This document shows positions 58,135 to 64,000 of a DNA stretch of 64,000 bases, piece after piece. The DNA comes from Planctomycetota bacterium (GTDB lineage Bacteria > Planctomycetota > B15-G4 > SIAN01): positions 352,001-416,000 of the forward strand of contig JANNXA010000055.1 in the NCBI GenBank assembly GCA_031409275.1, given 5' to 3'. A program made the position numbers and the translations under genes. The notes beneath the pieces are model-generated. The model was not told where the DNA came from. It searched no databases and saw only the letters and a program-made list of their open reading frames with translations. How positions within the stretch are numbered: the stretch's first letter is position 1; each line of letters starts with the position of its first letter.

Positions 58135-59115
58135 TCAGCGGCGCCGTTTCGGTGACGGCTTGGACGTCGGCTTCGCCTTGACGCGGACCTTCGTGGCGAC
58201 GCGCTTCGGCGCGGCCTTCGCCGCCCGCGTTGGTTGCGGCGGCCTGGCACGCTTTCGCGTCGGGTTCGAGGAGCTCTTCGGCTTCGGCTTCGGCTTCGGC
58301 TTCGGCTTCGGCTTCGGCTTCGGCTTCGCCGTCTTGTCGGCTGCCGAAACCACGGTTGCGGCAGCGCCAGGAGCACTCTGCGCTGCGACGGCCTTCGCCG
58401 CCCGCGCCGCTGCCTCTGGATCGCCGAGGTAGCCGTGGCGAAGCGGCCGCAGGTCGTCGTCGAGTTCGTAGACCAGCGGAATCCCGGTCGGGATGTTGAG
58501 CTCGACGATCTGCTCCTTCGGGATCTGGCCGAGGTACATCACCAGCGCGCGCAGGCTGTTCCCATGCGCCGCCACCAGCACGCGCTGGCCGGCACGCAAC
58601 GCCGGCGCGATCTGCTCATGCCAGCACGGCAAGAAACGCGCGACGGTGTCGGCAAGGCTCTCGCCACGGGGCAGGTCAGCGGGCGCGAGGCTGCCGTAGC
58701 GCGGATCGGCGCGCTCCTGCTCGCGGCGGGGGTCGCCGTCTGCGAGCAGCGGCGGCGGAGTGTCGTAGCTGCGCCGCCAGGTCTTCACCTGCTCCTCGCC
58801 AAAGCGCGCGGCGGTTTCCTTCTTGTTCAGCCCCTGCAAGTCGCCGTAGTGGCGTTCGTTCAGCCGCCAGCTCTTGTGCACCGGCAGCCACATCGCATCG
58901 AGCTGTTCGAGCGCGAGCCAGAGCGTCTTGATGGCGCGCTTCAGCAGACTGCAGTAGGCGACGTCGAACTTGAGACCCGCATCGCGAAGGAGCCGGCCCG
59001 CTTCCTGCGCCTCGCGAACGCCCTTCTCCGACAGCTCGACATCGGTCCAGCCGGTGAATCGGTTGGCCTGGTTCCAGACGCTCTCGCCGTGACGCAGCAG
59101 CACGAGGCTCTTCAT
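58135..59115 (-). CDS. gpmA: 2,3-bisphosphoglycerate-dependent phosphoglycerate mutase with Lys/Pro/Arg-rich C-terminal extension
   Basis: [42 protein letters not shown]. Confidence 0.95.
   Translation of the reverse strand: MKSLVLLRHGESVWNQANRFTGWTDVELSEKGVREAQEAGRLLRDAGLKFDVAYCSLLKRAIKTLWLALEQLDAMWLPVHKSWRLNERHYGDLQGLNKKETAARFGEEQVKTWRRSYDTPPPLLADGDPRREQERADPRYGSLAPADLPRGESLADTVARFLPCWHEQIAPALRAGQRVLVAAHGNSLRALVMYLGQIPKEQIVELNIPTGIPLVYELDDDLRPLRHGYLGDPEAAARAAKAVAAQSAPGAAATVVSAADKTAKPKPKPKPKPKPKPKPKSSSNPTRKRARPPQPTRAAKAAPKRVATKVRVKAKPTSKPSPKRRR
58276..58328. repeat. Hexanucleotide microsatellite (CTTCGG)8 encoding (KP)8 in gpmA
   Basis: Eight perfect copies at 58276-58323 plus a partial copy. 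Confidence 0.95.
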
Positions 59116-59168
59116 CGACCTCTCCGCGATGGGGAAGCCGCGCACTCAAGCCGCGCTGCGCAGATCGA

Positions 59169-59384
59169 TCAAGGGTCGCGCGGGGCGCCCGGCGCGTCGT
59201 CGAGCTCGCCGCCAATCGCCGGCCCGCCGCCCGCCTCATCACCCTCCCAAGGATCGTCGGCGACGTGCCCGCCAGCCAGCGCGCAGGCCGCGACGCAGAA
59301 ATAGAGGAGCTCGCCGTCCACCTCGCGGCGAAGTGCGGTCTCGGTATCGACGACCTTGCCGCAGTGATCGCAGTGGATGCGCAT
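59169..59384 (-). CDS. Small TRASH/YHS-like metal-binding protein (71 aa)
   Basis: CDHCG...VDGELLYFCVAAC; AAAGGAGA RBS. Confidence 0.75.
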   Translation of the reverse strand: MRIHCDHCGKVVDTETALRREVDGELLYFCVAACALAGGHVADDPWEGDEAGGGPAIGGELDDAPGAPRDP

Positions 59385-59607
59385 GGCGGGTCTCCTTTGC
59401 AATCTGGAACCATCGACGGGAACAGCGACCCAAGTTCGAAGCGAACCGGGGAACAGAGCCCGATCGTTCGCGCGACCTTGGGCGGCCTGACGCCCCTCCT
59501 TCGCCCGCTCTCCCCAGTAGCAACTGCAACGCCGCGCTCCCGTGCGCCTCCGGCACGCGAGTTGTTTCACCCATCTCGCGTCTGGGCGAGCCACGACGGG
59601 GGAAGCC

Positions 59608-60153
59608 GTGCATTCGACCGAGTCCGCCACACCGCCACACCTTGCAAGCGTGACCGCCGCACCGCCGCGTCGCGGCTTCTTCGCCCGCCTCGCCGGAGTT
59701 GCGATGACGCTGTCGCTGCTGGCGAGCTACGGCACGTTCGCGACCATCGCCGGCCGCTTCCTGCTGCCGTCGCGGCCGCGCCGCCGCGGCTGGCTGCTGG
59801 TGAGCGACACGCCAGGATTCGCGCGCGGGTCGACGCGCACCTTCGTCGCCCCCACCGGCGAGAAGATCGTCGTCGCACGCCGCGTCCCGAAAAGCGCCGC
59901 GCCTTCGACCACGACCACCGTCGACGAGTTCGTCGCGCTGTCGAGCACCTGCCCCCACCTCGGCTGCCAGGTACGGTTCGAGGCGCCACAGCAGCGCTTC
60001 TTCTGTCCCTGCCACAACGGAACTTTCGATCCTGAAGGCAAGGCCACGGGTGGTCCGCCGCTCGAGGCGGAGCAGTCGCTGCCGCGTTACCCGCTCGAAC
60101 TGCGCGGCGAGCTGCTCTACATCGAAGTCCCGCTCGAAGGAGTGGCGTCATGA
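59608..60153 (+). CDS. Rieske [2Fe-2S] subunit of a Rieske/cytochrome b complex
   Basis: Tat-like RRGFF plus TM; CPHLGC and CPCHNG; GGPP; ATGA-coupled to cytochrome b. Confidence 0.93.
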   Translation: MHSTESATPPHLASVTAAPPRRGFFARLAGVAMTLSLLASYGTFATIAGRFLLPSRPRRRGWLLVSDTPGFARGSTRTFVAPTGEKIVVARRVPKSAAPSTTTTVDEFVALSSTCPHLGCQVRFEAPQQRFFCPCHNGTFDPEGKATGGPPLEAEQSLPRYPLELRGELLYIEVPLEGVAS

Positions 60154-61209
60154 GCCGCGCGGAAGGCCGTGTCGCCGGCTTCCTTCGCGAGCGCCTCCCG
60201 GTCGATCGCGCGCGCCTCCAGGAACTCACCAACGAGCCGGTGCCTCACCACCTGAAGCACTGGTGGTTCTGCCTCGGCGGCACGCCCGCCTACCTCTTCG
60301 TCGTGATGATCGTCACAGGGATCCTGCTGGCCTTCTATTACGAAGCGGCGCCGGAGCGCGCGTGGGAGTCGGTTCGCAGCATCACCGACGAGGTCGCGTT
60401 CGGCTGGTTCCTCCACTCGATCCATCACTGGGCCGCGACGCTGATGGTCGCCGCCGTCATTCTGCACCAGATGCGCGTCTTCTTCACTGGCGCCTACCGC
60501 CGGCCGCGCGAGCTCAACTGGCTGATCGGGATGGGACTCCTGGTCTGCACGCTGATCGCTGGCTTCACCGGACAGCCTCGTCTACGAGCAGCTCTCCTAC
60601 TGGGGCGCGACCGTCGCCGCGAACCTGACCGACAACGTGCCTCTGATCGGCGGCGTCCTGAAACGCTTCCTCCTGGCGGGTGACGAATACAACTCGCACA
60701 CGCTGTCGCGGTTCTTCGTGCTTCACGGCGCCGTGCTGCCGGTCGCGATGGTGGTGCTGATCGGCCTGCACGTCTCGCTGATCCGCCTTCACGGCGTCGC
60801 CGAGATGCAGTTCCGAAGCGACGTGGGAACGGCGCCGCGCCACTTCAACTTCTTCCCCGACCACCTGCTGACCGAGCTCACCATCGGCCTCGTGCTGATG
60901 GTCGTGCTGTGCGTCCTCGCATCGCTGTTTCCGGTTCCGATCGGGCCGCACGCCGATCCGCTGTCCACGCCGGAAGTGATCAAACCGGAGTGGTTCTTCT
61001 ACGTCGCCTTCCGTTGGCTCAAGCTCTTCTCGGAGCGAGTCGCGTTCTTAAGCCTTGGCGCGATCGTCGCGACCATGGCCGCCTGGCCGTTCATCGACGC
61101 GTTCATTCGTCGCAAGCGTCCGGGCAGCGAGGCGAGCGTGTTCATCGGGATCGTCGCCGTCCTGGCGATCCTGGGCCTCACCGTGTGGGAAGCCGTCGTC
61201 GCGCACTGA
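60150..61209 (+). pseudogene. petB: Cytochrome b6-type + subunit IV fused gene, interrupted as written by a 2-nt deletion near 60572 (possibly an assembly error)
   Basis: WFCLGG, HHWAA...LHQMRVF, PRELNW, GFTG | SLVYEQLSYWG (frame change), RFFVLH...GLH, FFP, KPEWFF. Confidence 0.9.
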
Positions 61210-61267
61210 GCGCGCGGCGACGCAACGAGGACGCGGCAGTGCGCGGCGTCCTCCTGGAGATCGGTCC

Positions 61268-62857
61268 ATGAGTCTTGAGTGGAAGAAGGGCGTCATCGCC
61301 GTCCTCGGGCTGCTGTTCCTCGCCTCGCTGGTGCTCGTGCAGAAACTCGAGCTCGACCGGCGTCGGATCGAAGCGAAGATCGACGAGGCTCCCACGGTGG
61401 TGCCGGCGGCGTCGCGTCAGTGCGTGGATTGCCACGGTCAGTCGACGCCCGGCCTCGTCGACCACTGGAAAGGCAGCAAACACGCCGAGAAAGGCGTCGG
61501 CTGCATCGAATGCCACCGCGCCGAGCCGGGCGACGCCGACGGGTTCGACCACTACGGCGCGCACGTCGCCGCGATCGTCACGCCGATGGACTGCGGCCGC
61601 TGCCACCCCGACGAGCAGAAGGAGTTCGGCGCGAGCCACCACGCCAAGGCAGGCAACATCCTCGCCTCGCTCGACAACCTGCTCGCCGAGGTGGTCGAGG
61701 GCTCGCGGTCGCCGATGAACCCCCACTCACCGACGCCGGGACGTCCCGATGTGACCAGCGTGAACGGCCTCGCCAGCGTCGAGATCGGCTGCAAGCAGTG
61801 CCACGGCAGCAAGGTCGCGATGATGGGCAAGGACGGCACGCTCATCACCGTCGACGACCTGAAGCCCGACAAGCACGGGCAACCGACCAATCCCGCGATC
61901 CTCGCCAACGTCGCGCGCCGCGACGGCAAGCCGCTGATGGACACCGGGACCTGGCCCAACACCGGTATCGGTCGCCAGAACCTCGACGGGTCGCTCGGCT
62001 CATGCGCCGCTTGCCACAGCCGCCACGACTTCTCGGCGCGCCGCGCGCGGCAGCCGGAGAACTGCGGCAAGTGCCACCTCGGCCCCGACCATCCGCAGAA
62101 GGAGATCTACGAGGAGAGCAAGCACGGCGTCGCCTACCGCGATCTGAAGGACCAGATGAACCTCGACAGCAGGGACTGGGTGCTCGGCGCCGACTACTCG
62201 CAGGCGCCGACCTGCGCGACCTGCCACATGTCGGGCAATCTGCGCAACGGCGGCAAGGTCACCCACGATCCGGGCGAGCGAATCAGCTGGACCAACCGTC
62301 CGCCGGTCAGCCTCGCCATGGACACCGACAAGAACCACTCGGTGATCAAGGAGAGCGATCCGGCCAAGCGCGCGGCATTGGTCGCCGACGGCGGCGACGG
62401 CTGGCAGGCCAAGCGGCAACGCATGACGGATGTCTGCATGCATTGCCACACCCAGGACTACGTCGCGAGCTTCTACACGCAGTACGACGACCTCGTGGTG
62501 CTCTTCAACGAGAAGTTCGCGAAGCCGGGCCAGGCGATCGTCGCCGCGCTGCGCGCCCAGGCGCTGCTCACGCCGAAGGAGTTCGACGAAGAGATCGAGT
62601 GGACCTGGTACTACCTCTGGCACCACGAAGGGCGGCGCGCGCGGCACGGCGCTTCGATGATGGCGCCGGACTACGCCCACTGGCACGGGATGTACGAAGT
62701 CGCCGATCGCTTCTACATGCACTTCATCCCCGAGGCGCGCGAGCTCGCCGCCCATGCCGCGGCGGAGGGAAAACAGGCGCAGGCCGACGCCGTGACCGCG
62801 GTGATCGACGAGATCCTCGCGCGGCCCGAGCATGAGTGGAGCGTGAAGAAGCAGTGA
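61268..62857 (+). CDS. Octaheme cytochrome c of the hydroxylamine oxidoreductase (HAO) family
   Basis: Eight CxxCH motifs (CVDCH, CIECH, CGRCH, CKQCH, CAACH, CGKCH, CATCH, CMHCH); SRHDFS, GPDHPQ.EIY.ESKHG, APTCATCHM; N-terminal TM. Confidence 0.92.
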   Translation: MSLEWKKGVIAVLGLLFLASLVLVQKLELDRRRIEAKIDEAPTVVPAASRQCVDCHGQSTPGLVDHWKGSKHAEKGVGCIECHRAEPGDADGFDHYGAHVAAIVTPMDCGRCHPDEQKEFGASHHAKAGNILASLDNLLAEVVEGSRSPMNPHSPTPGRPDVTSVNGLASVEIGCKQCHGSKVAMMGKDGTLITVDDLKPDKHGQPTNPAILANVARRDGKPLMDTGTWPNTGIGRQNLDGSLGSCAACHSRHDFSARRARQPENCGKCHLGPDHPQKEIYEESKHGVAYRDLKDQMNLDSRDWVLGADYSQAPTCATCHMSGNLRNGGKVTHDPGERISWTNRPPVSLAMDTDKNHSVIKESDPAKRAALVADGGDGWQAKRQRMTDVCMHCHTQDYVASFYTQYDDLVVLFNEKFAKPGQAIVAALRAQALLTPKEFDEEIEWTWYYLWHHEGRRARHGASMMAPDYAHWHGMYEVADRFYMHFIPEARELAAHAAAEGKQAQADAVTAVIDEILARPEHEWSVKKQ

Positions 62858-62879
62858 GCGGCGTCGCGCGCCGCCCGAC

Positions 62880-64000
62880 TCACCAGTCGCGGCGCGCGAC
62901 GTACACGCACGTGAACGCGACCATCGCTGCAGCGAAGAGCGCGGTCGTGCCACCGGCAAACCACCAGTTGACTTCGACGGCACCACCCATCAGGCGCGTG
63001 GCGCCGGCCGCCGAGAGGTAGTCGCGCGCAAGGATCGACTGGTTCAACACCGCCAGGTCGGACGACTTCGGCAGGATCCAGTAGGCCACGTCGACCAGCG
63101 GCTTCCAGCGCTCGCCGCCGCCGATCTGCCCGTGCTCCATCATGGTCCGCAGCGTGCGCACCACGCCTTCCAGCCCCCACGCCATCAGCCCGGCGAGCGA
63201 CGCGAGGGTGACGTGGCGCGTCGCTGCGCCGACCAGCATCGTGACCGGGTAGATCGCGCCGAACACCAGCGTGCAGGTCAGCGCGCAGCCGATCAGGCCA
63301 AACCTCCAGAAGCCGGTCGCGACGCCGAGCGCGACGCAGCAGCCCGTGAAGAGGATCGTCCAGAGCAGCAGCACGAAGAGCAGCGCGCCGAGGTACTTGA
63401 ACAGGATCAGGCGCACGCGCCCGACGGGCCGCGCGAGCAGCAGATCGAAACGTCCCTTCTGCAGGAGGTCGGGCAGCGCCGAGGCGAACATGCCGAGCAG
63501 GATGAGGACGCCGAAGAAGCCGGCGAATCGCTCGGCGACTCCAGCCTGCAGCTGCGCGAGGAACTCCGCCTGCGACGTCCCGTCGAGCGTGGTCGAGAAC
63601 GAGTGGAAGAACCAGCTCACCTCGCACGCCCCACGGAGTTCGAGCGGGTGCTCCGCTCCCGCGCCGACGACGAAACGGCGGCCGGCGTCCCCCACGCTGC
63701 GCACGATCACCGGCGAGAATCCCGCTTCCAGGAAGTGTGCCTCGAGGCAGGTGCGATGCACGTCGGGTCCGATCGGCGTCGTCGAAGTTGCTGGAGCGGC
63801 CGCCGCCTCGCCGTTCTCGATCCGCTGCTGAAACGCGCGACGCGCCACGCACAACGCGTCGAGCTGCCGCATGTCGTCGAAGGAGAGGTCGAGCAGCCGC
63901 AGCCCGTCGATCCCGAGTGGGAAGTCATCTTCCGGGGTCGGCGCGCGCGGGCCGCCGATCGTGCAGCTCACCGGCCTCGACGACGACATCGTTCCGCGCA
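62880..64000 (-). CDS. ABC-2 type transporter permease (5' partial)
   Basis: GRFDLLLARPVGR..L.L.KYLG, several TM helices, terminal RRDW; frame open to the window edge. Confidence 0.85.
   Translation of the reverse strand, partial: RGTMSSSRPVSCTIGGPRAPTPEDDFPLGIDGLRLLDLSFDDMRQLDALCVARRAFQQRIENGEAAAAPATSTTPIGPDVHRTCLEAHFLEAGFSPVIVRSVGDAGRRFVVGAGAEHPLELRGACEVSWFFHSFSTTLDGTSQAEFLAQLQAGVAERFAGFFGVLILLGMFASALPDLLQKGRFDLLLARPVGRVRLILFKYLGALLFVLLLWTILFTGCCVALGVATGFWRFGLIGCALTCTLVFGAIYPVTMLVGAATRHVTLASLAGLMAWGLEGVVRTLRTMMEHGQIGGGERWKPLVDVAYWILPKSSDLAVLNQSILARDYLSAAGATRLMGGAVEVNWWFAGGTTALFAAAMVAFTCVYVARRDW

Noticed and set aside
58276..58328. Repeat array as CRISPR
   Set aside because: A simple in-frame hexamer microsatellite with no spacers or cas genes.
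59385..59607. FNR/Crp or NsrR box upstream of the Rieske operon
   Set aside because: No TTGAT-N4-ATCAA or similar palindrome seen; the repeated GGAAC pentamers are too weak to call.
60150..61209. Natural split into petB and petD, or a programmed frameshift
   Set aside because: The break falls in the middle of the b6 domain, before helix D, with no slippery sequence.
59608..62857. Evidence of anammox or ammonia oxidation
   Set aside because: No hzs, hdh or amo genes in the window, and the octaheme appears to lack the oxidative cross-link Tyr.

Overview
GC-rich bacterial chromosomal window with about 53 protein-coding genes. It is probably Planctomycetota, inferred from the secretin-like N-domain protein, the DUF1570-like and Sm-like-repeat proteins and the Bat operon. 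No rRNA, tRNA, CRISPR array or mobile element was recognised. Left to right: a 5'-truncated tandem secretin-like protein, an aldo/keto reductase, a lipoprotein-addB-addA unit, PIG-L deacetylase and proline dehydrogenase, an orphan regulator-like gene behind a structured leader, dusB, plsY-gpsA, two divergent multi-domain (pseudo)proteases, envelope proteins, a GGDEF-EAL protein, HtrA, an ABHD14-like hydrolase, and a MoxR/DUF58/BatA-E operon. Next is a complete phosphate regulon (pstSCAB, OprO/P porin, phoU-phoR-phoB) with visible 11-bp-phased Pho-box-like repeats, followed by usp and gpmA with a histone-like tail. Near the end is a three-gene Rieske / cytochrome b6+IV (2-nt frameshift as written) / octaheme HAO-family operon, the best candidate for an unusual system: a quinol-driven, probably reductive nitrogen-oxide module. 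All calls rest on manual motif reading; no database searches were run.
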